Shown here one piece after another: positions 1-8,903 of a stretch of DNA of 61,137 nucleotides. The stretch is from Vicinamibacteria bacterium (lineage in GTDB: Bacteria > Acidobacteriota > Vicinamibacteria > Fen-336 > JAGNNV01). Under the pieces are notes generated by a model. The model was not told the origin of the DNA. It was given only the letters and a program-made list of their open reading frames with translations, and made no database searches. The position numbers were made by a program, and so were the translations under genes. Position 1 is the first letter of the stretch. Each line of letters starts with the position of its first letter. The stretch spans positions 1 through 61,137 of the forward strand of contig JANMVV010000333.1 of assembly GCA_031392925.1 (NCBI GenBank). The letters run 5' to 3'.

Positions 1-1
1 G

Positions 2-1630
2 GGTCAGCCGACCCACGCCTTCGACCTGCACAGACTCCGCGGCGGCCTCCTGAAGGCGCGCATGGCGGGCAAGGGCGAAGTGGTGAAGACCCTCGACGAC
101 GTGGAGCGCACCCTCACCCCGACCATGGGGGTGGTGGCGGATGCCGAGGGCGCGCTCGCCATCGCCGGAATCATGGGCGGCGCTTCTTCCGAGATCTCCG
201 CGGGAACTCTCACCGTGGCCCTCGAGGCCGCGTACTGGAATCCGCTCCTCATCCGCCGCGCCGCCAAGACGCTCGCAATGCACACGGACGCGTCGCACCG
301 ATTCGAGCGTGGCGCCGACCCCGCGGGCGGGCCCGTATCGATCGCCCGGTTCGCGAACCTCGCGAACCAGGGTGCCATGGGGACGGCGCGTCCGGTCCTC
401 ATCCAGGCCCAGGGATCTCGGATCACGGCGAGGCGGCTCACCCTGAACCTCGGCAACGTCGACGCGCGCCTGGGCACGAGCGTCCCGGCTGGCGAGGCGA
501 AGATGACCCTTACCCGGCTTGGCTTCGAGGTCTACGAGCCCGACCCCGGCGCCGCCGCGCGCCTCGGGACGACGCGGGCGTGGGACGTCCTCGTGCCCAC
601 GTGGCGCAGCGACTGCACCCGCGAGGTCGACCTGATCGAGGAAGTCGGCCGCCACCACGGCCTGATGAAGATCGCGCGAACGGTGCCCGCCTCCCGACGC
701 GCCGCCTCGCTCACCTCGGCCCAGCGAACCGAACGCGAGTTGAAGGCACTCCTGTCCGGCCTCGGCTATCGCGAAGCCCTGCACGTCAACTTCGTCTCTT
801 CGGCGAAGTGCGATCCGTCCCAGGGCGCGATCGTGAAGATCGCGAATCCCCTTTCCGTGGACCAGGACGCGCTGCGCACCTCGCTGGTCATGCCCGGCCT
901 GCTCGAAGCGCTCGAGCGCAATCAGCGCCACGGCGCCCGGGACATCCAGTTCTTCGAGACCGGCCGCACCTTCACGCCGTCGCCCGAGGGCCCGGTCGAA
1001 ACCCCCCGCCTGGCCCTGCTTGTTTCCGGAGCCACGCCCCGCGGCTGGGCGGCCAAAGCGCGCGCGATCGACTTCTTCGACCTGAAGCGCACCTTGGAGG
1101 AGATCCTCTCCCGGCACGCGAGCGCCGCCCTCACCCTCACCCGCGAAGGCGCGCCTCCGTTCCTGCATCCGGGTCGCAGCGTGGTCATTCGCGAGGGCGG
1201 CGAAGTCAGGGGCTATCTGGGCGAAGTCCACCCCGACGCCATCGCCGCGTTCTCGCTCAAGGATCGTCCGGTGGTGGCCGAGCTCGCCCTCGACGCGCTC
1301 AACGTTTCCGAGGCTCTCGCCTTCACCGCGTTCTCGCGCTTCCCCGAAGTGGTGCGGGATATCTCGATCCTCGCGCCCGTGAGCGCGAACGCCGCGCAGA
1401 TCACCGCCATGGCCCGGGCTCAGGCGGGGCCCTCGGTCCGGCGCGTCGAGCTCATCGACCGGTTCGAGGGCGCAGGCGTTCCCAAAGGCCTGGTGAGCCT
1501 CACCCTCTCCTTCGTTTTCCAGGACGAAGCCCGCACCCTCTCGAGCGAAGAGGTCGAGCGTTCGATGGACGGCGTGCGAGCCAGTTTTTCAGAAGCCGGC
1601 TACACCGCGCGCGGAGTCGGTCCTTCCTGA
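2..1630 (+). CDS. pheT: Phenylalanine-tRNA ligase beta subunit (5' end outside the window)
   Basis: Frame open from nt 2 (GQPTHAFDL). Also AGIMGG, SHRFERG, VPTWRSD..REVDLIEEV, LRTSL, LHPGRS and a C-terminal FDX-ACB domain (FPEVVRDIS...RTLSSEEV). Confidence 0.97.
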   Translation, partial: GQPTHAFDLHRLRGGLLKARMAGKGEVVKTLDDVERTLTPTMGVVADAEGALAIAGIMGGASSEISAGTLTVALEAAYWNPLLIRRAAKTLAMHTDASHRFERGADPAGGPVSIARFANLANQGAMGTARPVLIQAQGSRITARRLTLNLGNVDARLGTSVPAGEAKMTLTRLGFEVYEPDPGAAARLGTTRAWDVLVPTWRSDCTREVDLIEEVGRHHGLMKIARTVPASRRAASLTSAQRTERELKALLSGLGYREALHVNFVSSAKCDPSQGAIVKIANPLSVDQDALRTSLVMPGLLEALERNQRHGARDIQFFETGRTFTPSPEGPVETPRLALLVSGATPRGWAAKARAIDFFDLKRTLEEILSRHASAALTLTREGAPPFLHPGRSVVIREGGEVRGYLGEVHPDAIAAFSLKDRPVVAELALDALNVSEALAFTAFSRFPEVVRDISILAPVSANAAQITAMARAQAGPSVRRVELIDRFEGAGVPKGLVSLTLSFVFQDEARTLSSEEVERSMDGVRASFSEAGYTARGVGPS

Positions 1631-1820
1631 GTCGGGGCCGCACCTGGATCCCTTCCATGCTCAGCCGCCCGACAAACGAGCGAGGCGACTTTGCCCTGGA
1701 GGGGTTCGTGACGGCGAAGCCATCCGGAAACCCCCGGACTTCGCCGAAATGAATTCGTCGAAGTCCACATCGCGGATACAATCCAACCAGCGTAGTCTGA
1801 TCGTCGACACAGGAGAAGGA

Positions 1821-2111
1821 ATGCAGGACAGCTTCGACATTCTTGAAGAGAAGGTCAAAAAGGCCGCGGAGCTCGTGAAGAAGCTGCGCCGTGACAACAA
1901 GAGCCTCGACGATCAGCTCAAGGACAGCAAGGCGAAGCTCGCCGAGGCGGAAAAGAAGCTCGCCGCCCTGGAAGCCCAGATGGGCGACGCCGCGGGCAAC
2001 TCTGCGAAGATCGAGGGCCTCACCGCCGAACTCGAAACCCTGCGCAGCGAGCAGGAGCACGTGCGCACCCGGGTGGCGAAGATCGTGACCCTCCTGGAGA
2101 GCCTCGACTAG
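1821..2111 (+). CDS. zapB: Cell division coiled-coil protein, ZapB-like
   Basis: All-heptad 96-aa protein (MQDSFDILEEKVKKAAELV...VRTRVAKIVTLLESLD). SD-like AGGAGAAGGA before ATG 1821. Lies between pheT and zapA. Confidence 0.7.
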   Translation: MQDSFDILEEKVKKAAELVKKLRRDNKSLDDQLKDSKAKLAEAEKKLAALEAQMGDAAGNSAKIEGLTAELETLRSEQEHVRTRVAKIVTLLESLD

Positions 2112-2128
2112 CCGGGATGCGCTGAGAC

Positions 2129-2437
2129 ATGGCTGCCAAACCTCGCCGCGTCGAACTCGACATCTTCGGCCAGACCTTCTCGCTCATCGCCGAGGACGAG
2201 GCGCGCCTGCAGGAGGTCGCGAAGTACGTGGACGCGCAGATGAAGGAGCTGTCGCAGTCGACCGCCACCATCGACTCCTTCCGGCTCGCGGTGCTCGCCG
2301 CCCTCAATATCGCGAACGAGCGGTTCGATCTGGCCGATCGCCTGGCCAGCCGGAACAACGCGGTGCAGGCCCAGTTCGAAGCCCTGAGCGCCAAGGCCGA
2401 GCGAATCTCGATCGAACTCGACGAGGCGATGCGCTAG
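2129..2437 (+). CDS. zapA: Cell division protein ZapA
   Basis: VELDIFGQTF...LQEVAKYVDAQM...RLAVLAALNIANE signature. Confidence 0.93.
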   Translation: MAAKPRRVELDIFGQTFSLIAEDEARLQEVAKYVDAQMKELSQSTATIDSFRLAVLAALNIANERFDLADRLASRNNAVQAQFEALSAKAERISIELDEAMR

Positions 2438-2445
2438 ACGCGCAC

Positions 2446-2474
2446 AAAAAAGGACGCGGCCGAAGCCGCGTCCT
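2446..2474 (-). terminator. Rho-independent terminator of the RRM gene, possibly bidirectional
   Basis: Minus strand reads AGGACGCGGC-TTCG-GCCGCGTCCT followed by a T-tract: perfect 10-bp stem with a cUUCGg loop. Confidence 0.9.
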
Positions 2475-2498
2475 CGATGGGTCCGACAGGCCGGGCTG

Positions 2499-2939
2499 CT
2501 AGAAGCCGCGCTTCTGAGCGCGCACGTTGCGACGCGAACCCTTGCGTTCGCCGCCGCCACCACCGCCTCCACCGTACGGACGGCCACCGCCGCCACCCGC
2601 GCCGTAGCCGCCACCACCGCCGCCGCCATAGCCCCCCCCGCCACCACCGCCGCCGAAGGGACGTCCTCCGCCGCCGCCCGCCGGACGGGGCTTCTGCTCC
2701 TCGGCTTCATTAACGCGCAGCGCGCGGCCGCCGAGGTCCATGCCGTTGAACTTCTCCGTGGCCTTCACCGCGTCTTCCGCGTTCTCGAAGTCAACGAACG
2801 CGAAGCCGCGAGGGCGACCCGTCATCCGATCCGTGGGAAGGAAGACTTCGCGAATCGCGCCGGCCTGTGAGAACAGGTCGCGAATCTCATCCGCGGTGGT
2901 CTTGAAGTTAAGGTTGCCGACAAACAATTTCGAGCCCAC
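2499..2939 (-). CDS. RRM (RNP-1) RNA-binding protein with Gly-rich tail
   Basis: RNP-2 KLFVGNL, RNP-1 RGFAFVDF, LRVNEA, then GGGY repeats. Probable GTG start at 2939. Confidence 0.95.
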   Translation of the reverse strand: MGSKLFVGNLNFKTTADEIRDLFSQAGAIREVFLPTDRMTGRPRGFAFVDFENAEDAVKATEKFNGMDLGGRALRVNEAEEQKPRPAGGGGGRPFGGGGGGGGYGGGGGGGYGAGGGGGRPYGGGGGGGGERKGSRRNVRAQKRGF

Positions 2940-3050
2940 CGTGCGATCTTCTTTCTGGGAAAACGCCCCAACAGCCTGATTGCTGTTCCTAAGGGGGTTA
3001 GGTCCAAAGCTATTGTATCCCCAATTCACAGCCTGCATAGGGAGGCCCTC

Positions 3051-3530
3051 ATGACCGGAGAGACCACAAGCGCCGTACTTCTGCTCGACGAGGGCTTCAG
3101 CAAAGCGGCCTGGCACGGCCCCAATCTGCTCGGCAGCCTCCGTGGCATCACCCTCCCCGAACTGCTATGCCGGCCCCGGAAGGACGGTCACAACGCATGG
3201 GAACTGGCTGTCCATTGCGCATACTGGAAGTACGCGGTGCGGAATCGCCTGGTTGCGGGCAGACGAAACACCTTTCCGCTCGTGGGCAGCAACTTCTTCC
3301 GCCGGGACACGGGTGCGAGCCTCGCCGATTGGAAGAAGGACCTGGCCCTCCTCAAGGCTCAACACAAGGCGCTCAAGGCCACGATCCTGGGCCTCAATCC
3401 GCGGACGTACGGAAACCGCGTCCAGGGCGCGATTCACACGGTGCGCCGGCTGGTCCTGGGAATCGCGGCCCACGACATCTACCACGCCGGGCAAATCTCA
3501 CTCCTCAAGCGGATGGCGGGGAGACCCTGA
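3051..3530 (+). CDS. DinB family (DinB_2) protein
   Basis: AWHGP, HNAWELAVHCAYW, HDIYHAGQI His motifs. GGAGG RBS upstream. Confidence 0.88.
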   Translation: MTGETTSAVLLLDEGFSKAAWHGPNLLGSLRGITLPELLCRPRKDGHNAWELAVHCAYWKYAVRNRLVAGRRNTFPLVGSNFFRRDTGASLADWKKDLALLKAQHKALKATILGLNPRTYGNRVQGAIHTVRRLVLGIAAHDIYHAGQISLLKRMAGRP

Positions 3531-3599
3531 TGGCCCCCCGCGGCCTGGCGGCCCTTGTTGGACGGCAAGAGCCTTCACGGCTGGGTCCGGAATCTGTGA
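3531..3599 (+). pseudogene. Possible relic of a DUF1080 (3-keto-disaccharide hydrolase) gene
   Basis: Translates as WPPAAWRPLLDGKSLHGWVRNL*, resembling the DUF1080 N-terminal motif W..LFDGK.L.GW. No start codon. Confidence 0.4.
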
Positions 3600-3659
3600 A
3601 CGCGAGCGTGGCCCGGTAGCGGATTGGCGAGCCGCGACCGCCCCACGCTCGCTAGGCGG

Positions 3660-4538
3660 CTACTTCTTGACCGGCGCCGGCGGCTTGGGCATCTCCTTGG
3701 GCTTCCAGAAGTCCGGATCGGCGGCCACGAACTCGGGCCGCGGACGGCTGGTGCCGCGGTCGATGGCGTACAGGGTGGTGGTCACCTGGGCGACGAGTTC
3801 GGAATTCGTCTTGCGTCGCGCCGCCACCACGCTCTCCCCGCCCAGGGCGGCGGTCATCTTCTGCGCGCGGGCCGCGCCTCCCTTCGCGGCGTCGTCGATC
3901 TCGGACAACGACCGCATCGTGCTCAGAATCAGGAAGGTTCCGGCGGGCGCACCGCTGCCGACCGCATAGACGGCGGTGTGCTCATCGAGGCCGGCCTTCT
4001 CGCGGGCCGCGTTCGTCTGCTTGGTGTAGTCGGCCCAGTCGACCCCGCGCCCGATGTTGACGCGAAGGACGGTGACATTGAAGTAGCGCGCGCGGCCGGT
4101 CTGTTCACGGGTGTTGGGGTGATAGCTCAGGTCCGATCGGAAGGTCGCGAGCATCACCGTCTGGGAATCGTGCAGGGAAGCATTCTTCGCGGTTAGAGCG
4201 TCGAACTCGGCCTGCAGGGCGGGCGAGCCGCCCATGACCTCACCCATCTTCTTCCTGGTGGCTTCCATGTCCATAGCCGACGGATAGCCCTCGAGGTACA
4301 GGAGGTGATTCTGGTCTCCCGAGACAGGAAGCAGCCCCAGGCGAGCCGCCCCGACGTTGGCCTTGTCGAACAGGGCGTAGAACGCCGGGAGCTGCTTGTT
4401 GTGAGTGGCCATGTTGCCCGGCCTGAACTGCTCGCGGGTTACCACCAGCATCCCGGGCGGCGGGGCGTTGGGCTCTTGTGCGAATGCCGAGGTGCCACAG
4501 AGCAACAACAAACTGAATACGACATGATTTTGACGCAT
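3660..4538 (-). CDS. Secreted hypothetical protein, two repeated alpha/beta (NIPSNAP-like) halves
   Basis: Signal peptide ending AFA-Q, AGGAGG RBS, typical codon usage. The fold call is inference. Confidence 0.75.
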   Translation of the reverse strand: MRQNHVVFSLLLLCGTSAFAQEPNAPPPGMLVVTREQFRPGNMATHNKQLPAFYALFDKANVGAARLGLLPVSGDQNHLLYLEGYPSAMDMEATRKKMGEVMGGSPALQAEFDALTAKNASLHDSQTVMLATFRSDLSYHPNTREQTGRARYFNVTVLRVNIGRGVDWADYTKQTNAAREKAGLDEHTAVYAVGSGAPAGTFLILSTMRSLSEIDDAAKGGAARAQKMTAALGGESVVAARRKTNSELVAQVTTTLYAIDRGTSRPRPEFVAADPDFWKPKEMPKPPAPVKK

Positions 4539-4639
4539 CTCTACCTCCTAAACCCGGGGGGACAAGAAGGGAGTCGCTTTCCGGCGAGACCATTGCGCCC
4601 CGGGGATGTAACGGGGAAACGGCTTGGGTGATTGAGGGC

Positions 4640-4668
4640 ACTGTAGGTCTGGACTCCAGGGTTGTCAA
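4640..4668 (-). promoter_or_regulatory. Sigma70 promoter of the 3660-4538 gene
   Basis: TTGACA (4668-4663), 17-nt spacer, TACAGT (4645-4640). Confidence 0.75.
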
Positions 4669-4723
4669 ACCGCGCGGCGAGCGGGGCTAGGGTTCGTGCC
4701 CCTGGCCCCGATACAATGACCCC

Positions 4724-5173
4724 ATGATGGTGACCGCAATCATGTCCGCTCTCCTGCTTCAAGGAGCGCTCCAGATGACGCCGCAGGCGACGACCTCGCA
4801 GCATTTCGACGTGGCCGCCGCCTACGAGGCCCCCGCGAAGAAGGGTGCGGTCGCGAATATCGTGGTCGAGTTCAAGAAAAAAGACCCCGACGTCAACATC
4901 AACGAGGAGCCGCCCGCGCGGATCAAGTTCGCCCCGGGATCGCCCCTGGTGGCGCCGCCGCCTCGAAAGAGTTCGGGAGAAATCCCCGACCCAATGAAGG
5001 CCCACTACATCGATCTCTCGAAGCCCGTTCGTTTCCCGGTCGCGGTTGCCGCAGGCGCGGCCAGGGGTCTGAGCACGGTCAAGGCGACGGTCTCCTACTT
5101 CTACTGCTCCAAGCGGGAGAACTGGTGCCGCAAGGGCACGGCGGAATTCGATCTCGCGGTGGTGTTGCCGTAG
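4724..5173 (+). CDS. Secreted DsbD N-terminal-like (Ig-fold) protein with a Cys pair
   Basis: Signal peptide, INEEPP, VSYFYCSKRENWC motif resembling the DsbD alpha domain. Confidence 0.6.
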   Translation: MMVTAIMSALLLQGALQMTPQATTSQHFDVAAAYEAPAKKGAVANIVVEFKKKDPDVNINEEPPARIKFAPGSPLVAPPPRKSSGEIPDPMKAHYIDLSKPVRFPVAVAAGAARGLSTVKATVSYFYCSKRENWCRKGTAEFDLAVVLP

Positions 5174-5233
5174 TCCACCGCAAGGCGAAGCACATCGCCC
5201 TCCGCCCTCGAAGGGCCTCCTGATTCCGAACTC

Positions 5234-7288
5234 ATGATTCTCGCTTTTCAGACGGAACTCATTGCCCGCATTCGTCAGACGGTGGCGGAGGCTTTCGGCG
5301 TCACTCTGGGCGAGATCCTGGTTCAGACCACGCCAAAGCTCGAGCTTGGCGACATGGCTTTGCCCCTCGCCTTCGAGCTGGCGAAGAAGATCGGCCGCAA
5401 GCCTCGCGACATCGCGCAGGAACTGGCGCCCCGGCTCCGTTCGGTCGACGGCATAGCCCGCGCGGAAGTCGCGGGCGGAGGTTTCATCAACCTCTACCTC
5501 GATCGCGGCGCCTTCACCACCCGCCTCGCTTCGTTCGTCACCGCGCCGCCGGCCAAGGACCGGCGAGAGGGCCGGGTCATCGTCGAGCACACCAGCATCA
5601 ATCCAAACAAGGCCGCGCACATCGGCCACGTGCGCAATTCGATCCTCGGCGACACCTTCGTCCGCCTGCTCCAGGCCCGCGGGCACGAGGTTCTGACTCA
5701 GAACTACATCGACGACACCGGGGTTCAGGTGGCGGACGTCATCGTCGGCTTCGAGCAGCTCGAGCGGAAGTCGCTCGCCGAGGTGCGGGCCCTCGACCGC
5801 CGGTTCGATTACTACTGCTGGGATTTGTACGCCCGGGTGTTCGAGTGGTACGGCGAGGACAAGGAGCGGAAGGCGCTCCAGGCCGCGACCCTTCACGCCA
5901 TCGAGAGGCACGAAGGACCCACCGCGGAACTGGGCGAATACGTGGCCGCGCGGATCGTACGCGCCCACATCGCGACCATGGCCCGCCTGGACATCGGTTA
6001 CGACCTGCTGGTGCGCGAATCCGACATCCTCCGCCAGCACTTCTGGGCCAAGGCCTTCGAATTGCTCAAGGAAGCCAAAGCGATCTCGTTCGAGAACGAC
6101 GGCAAGGCCAAAGGCTGCTGGGTTCTGACCATGGATCGCGGCAACGCGGGCTCGGGCGGAGGGTCGCCGTCACCGGTGGCCGCGCCGAGCCCGGAGCCCG
6201 GGGGGAGTCCGAGGGGGGCCGGGGCCGTTGCTGGACCCCCTCGGCTGCCCGACGACGAGAACAAGATCATCGTGCGCTCCAACGGAACGGTCACTTACAC
6301 CGGCAAGGACATCGCCTATCAGCTCTGGAAGCTCGGCAAGCTCGGCCTCGATTTCCGTTATCGCCGCCACGAAGACTCGACGCCCGCGCGGCCCCTGTGG
6401 TCGTCGACCAGCGGACCCGCCGATGAAGGCGCGCCGGCTTTCGGCGCGGGCGCATCGCTCGTCTTCAATGTCATCGACGTCGGCCAGAGCTATCCGCAGC
6501 GCGTGGTGAAGGCGGGAGTCGCCGCGTTGGCCGGACCGGGGCCCGCCGAGGGCACCCGCCATCTCGGCTACGAGAAGGTCGTGCTGTCGAAGGCGACCGC
6601 GAAGGAGCTTGGCTACGAGGTCGACGAAGACGCGGGTGTGGTCAAGGTCTCCGGCCGTCGCGGTCTCGGGGTCAAGGCCGACGACCTGATCGACGCGCTC
6701 GAGGCCAAGGCCTCGAGTGAAATCGCCACCCGCGATCCCGATCGGACGGAGAAAGATCGGGAGAAGGCGGCGCGGGAGATCGCGGTCGGAGCCCTGCGCT
6801 ACTTCATGCTGCGTTTCTCGCGGAACCGGATCATCACGTTCGACATGGAAGAAGCCCTCGCTTTCACCGGCGAGACCGGCCCCTACATTCAGAACAGCGT
6901 GGTGCGCGCTCGCAGCATTCTCGCCAGGGTGGCCGCGGAAGGCCACGAGGTGCAGGCCCTCGTGCAGCGCGCGCTCGATAAGGAACTGCTTGCCGCCTGG
7001 CTCGCCACCGAAGAAGGGTCCTCGGCGTGGTCCCTGTTCCTCGCCATGGCGCGGACCGATGAGGCCATCGAGACGGCGGTGAGGACGGAGGAGCCGAGCG
7101 TCATGACGCGCCACGCCTTCCAGATCGCGCAGGCGTTTCACGGCTACTACCAGAATCCGGCCCACACCGTGCTGCGCGCGGAGACCGAGGATCTGCGCGC
7201 GGTCCGCGTCCTCGTCGTCGACCTCTTTGTGAGGCACACCACCGACGTGGCGGGCCTTCTCGGGATTCCCATTCCGGATCGCATGTGA
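5234..7288 (+). CDS. argS: Arginine-tRNA ligase
   Basis: EHTSINPNKAAHIGHVRN (HIGH motif), YIDDTGVQ, RSNGTVTY.GKDIAY, SGRRG, GETGPYIQ, DALR domain, ends PDRM. Confidence 0.97.
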   Translation: MILAFQTELIARIRQTVAEAFGVTLGEILVQTTPKLELGDMALPLAFELAKKIGRKPRDIAQELAPRLRSVDGIARAEVAGGGFINLYLDRGAFTTRLASFVTAPPAKDRREGRVIVEHTSINPNKAAHIGHVRNSILGDTFVRLLQARGHEVLTQNYIDDTGVQVADVIVGFEQLERKSLAEVRALDRRFDYYCWDLYARVFEWYGEDKERKALQAATLHAIERHEGPTAELGEYVAARIVRAHIATMARLDIGYDLLVRESDILRQHFWAKAFELLKEAKAISFENDGKAKGCWVLTMDRGNAGSGGGSPSPVAAPSPEPGGSPRGAGAVAGPPRLPDDENKIIVRSNGTVTYTGKDIAYQLWKLGKLGLDFRYRRHEDSTPARPLWSSTSGPADEGAPAFGAGASLVFNVIDVGQSYPQRVVKAGVAALAGPGPAEGTRHLGYEKVVLSKATAKELGYEVDEDAGVVKVSGRRGLGVKADDLIDALEAKASSEIATRDPDRTEKDREKAAREIAVGALRYFMLRFSRNRIITFDMEEALAFTGETGPYIQNSVVRARSILARVAAEGHEVQALVQRALDKELLAAWLATEEGSSAWSLFLAMARTDEAIETAVRTEEPSVMTRHAFQIAQAFHGYYQNPAHTVLRAETEDLRAVRVLVVDLFVRHTTDVAGLLGIPIPDRM
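6147..6244 (+). repeat. Double-hairpin palindromic (REP-like) element in frame inside argS
   Basis: CGGGCTCGG (6147-6155) pairs with CCGAGCCCG (6185-6193). CCGAGGGGG (6209-6217) pairs with CCCCCTCGG (6236-6244). Encodes a G/P/S/A-rich loop. Confidence 0.55.
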
Positions 7289-8055
7289 CCGGCCCGCGCC
7301 CCCGCATCATTATCACCGCCGGAAGCAATCCCGGCACAACCAACCACACCTGGCTGCGCTTCGACTATCTCCACGCCGTCTCCAAGGCGCGCGGCCTCCC
7401 CAGCATCATCGCCTCCGGCTTCACCAATCCCCTCGACGAAGCCGAGCAGCTCGCGGGCGAGATCCTCGACAATTGCGACGGTCTCATGCTCTCGGGCGGC
7501 ACCGACGTGGACCCGGTGATCTTCGGCGAGGTTCCTCACACCGCCCTCGGCCGCGTCGATGGTCCCCGGGATCCCTTCGAGATCACTCTCGCGCGCGAAG
7601 CGGTGCGGCGCGACTTGCCGGTTCTCGGCATCTGCCGCGGCCTGCAGGTCCTGAACGTGGCCCTTGGCGGCACCTTGATCCAGGACATCCCCACCGATGT
7701 TCCCGGCGCGGTCGTCCATGAAAGCGGCGAGAACCGCGTGGAGATCGCGCACGAAGTGACCCTAGTGCCCGGCTCGAAGCTCGCGGAACTGCTGTCCACC
7801 ACCCGCGTGGGCGTGAATTCCTTCCACCATCAGGCCGCGAAGCGCATCGGCGGGGGCCTCATCGTCTCGGCCACCTCGCCCGGGGACGGCATCGTCGAAG
7901 GGCTTGAAATGCGCGACCGGAGGTTCGTGGTCGCGGTACAGTGGCATCCCGAGAATTTCTGGAAGACGTCGCAGGTCTTCGACGGCCTCTTCACCGGCTT
8001 CGTCGAGGCCGCGTACCGCGCGGCTTCATCGAGGCGGGCCCCGCGTTCGTCATGA
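7285..8055 (+). CDS. Gamma-glutamyl-GABA hydrolase family (peptidase C26, class I glutamine amidotransferase)
   Basis: LSGGTDVDP, GICRGLQ, VNSFHHQA, VQWHPE. GTGA overlap with the argS stop. Confidence 0.92.
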   Translation: MTGPRPRIIITAGSNPGTTNHTWLRFDYLHAVSKARGLPSIIASGFTNPLDEAEQLAGEILDNCDGLMLSGGTDVDPVIFGEVPHTALGRVDGPRDPFEITLAREAVRRDLPVLGICRGLQVLNVALGGTLIQDIPTDVPGAVVHESGENRVEIAHEVTLVPGSKLAELLSTTRVGVNSFHHQAAKRIGGGLIVSATSPGDGIVEGLEMRDRRFVVAVQWHPENFWKTSQVFDGLFTGFVEAAYRAASSRRAPRSS

Positions 8056-8885
8056 CCCTCCGCCCGGCTCTCGCTCTCGCGATGGCGGCGCTTCTGGCTC
8101 CCGCCGGGTTGGGCCCGAGCCTGAAGTGGGAGAAGGACTTCAAGTCGGCGAAGACCCGCGCCCGCAGTGAAGGCAAGCTGGTGATGGTCGACTTCTGGGC
8201 CTCCTGGTGCACGTTCTGCAAGAAGCTCGACGAGACGACCTACAAGGACCGGGGTGTCGTCGCGCGCCTGTCGAAGACCACGGTGCCGGTCAAGGTCAAC
8301 ACCGAGGGCCGGACCGACGAGGTCGAGCTGGGCGAGGAACACGGCGTCGAGAGCCTGCCCACCATCGGCTTCTTCACCTCGGGCGGGCGAGCGGTGGCCC
8401 GGATCGAGGGCTACGTGAATGCGGAGGACTTCCTGAAGCTCCTGACCAACGCGGAGATCGAGGGCGCGGACATGATCCGCTGGGAGAAGACGCTCGCCAC
8501 CGACCTCGACAACTTCGCCGCGCTTTATGGCCTCGGGTCGAAGATGTACGAGCTCAACTATCGCGACGACGCGCGGCCGCTCCTGGAGCGGGCGCGGCGG
8601 AACGACCAGGGCTCCCTGCGCGAGCGCAAGCGCGTGCGCATGATGCTGGCCCGGATCATCGAGTCGCAGTCGAGCTTCACCGATTCCGAAACCATGCTCC
8701 GCGAAGGCCTGGCCCTTCCGGCCGAGGCGGACATGGATCCGCGGCTGAAGTTCCTGCTCTCCCGCTGCCTCGTGAACCTCGGCCGGGGCGCCGAGGCGAA
8801 AAGCGTCCTGGCGAAGCTCATCGCCGACTATCCGAAGCACGCGATTACCGCGACGGCCAGGAAGACGCTCGAGGCCATGAAGTAA
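8052..8885 (+). CDS. Secreted thioredoxin-domain protein (WCTFC) with C-terminal TPR region
   Basis: Signal peptide, MVDFWASWCTFCKKL, GVESLPT, helical TPR-like tail ending LIADYP. ATGA overlap with the upstream gene. Confidence 0.85.
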   Translation: MTLRPALALAMAALLAPAGLGPSLKWEKDFKSAKTRARSEGKLVMVDFWASWCTFCKKLDETTYKDRGVVARLSKTTVPVKVNTEGRTDEVELGEEHGVESLPTIGFFTSGGRAVARIEGYVNAEDFLKLLTNAEIEGADMIRWEKTLATDLDNFAALYGLGSKMYELNYRDDARPLLERARRNDQGSLRERKRVRMMLARIIESQSSFTDSETMLREGLALPAEADMDPRLKFLLSRCLVNLGRGAEAKSVLAKLIADYPKHAITATARKTLEAMK

Positions 8886-8903
8886 GGGCCTACAATCACG
8901 CGC

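Noticed and set aside
2545-2685. (CCG/CCA)n repeats as a possible array or VNTR
   Set aside because: They encode the Gly-rich tail of the RRM protein. No repeat-spacer structure.
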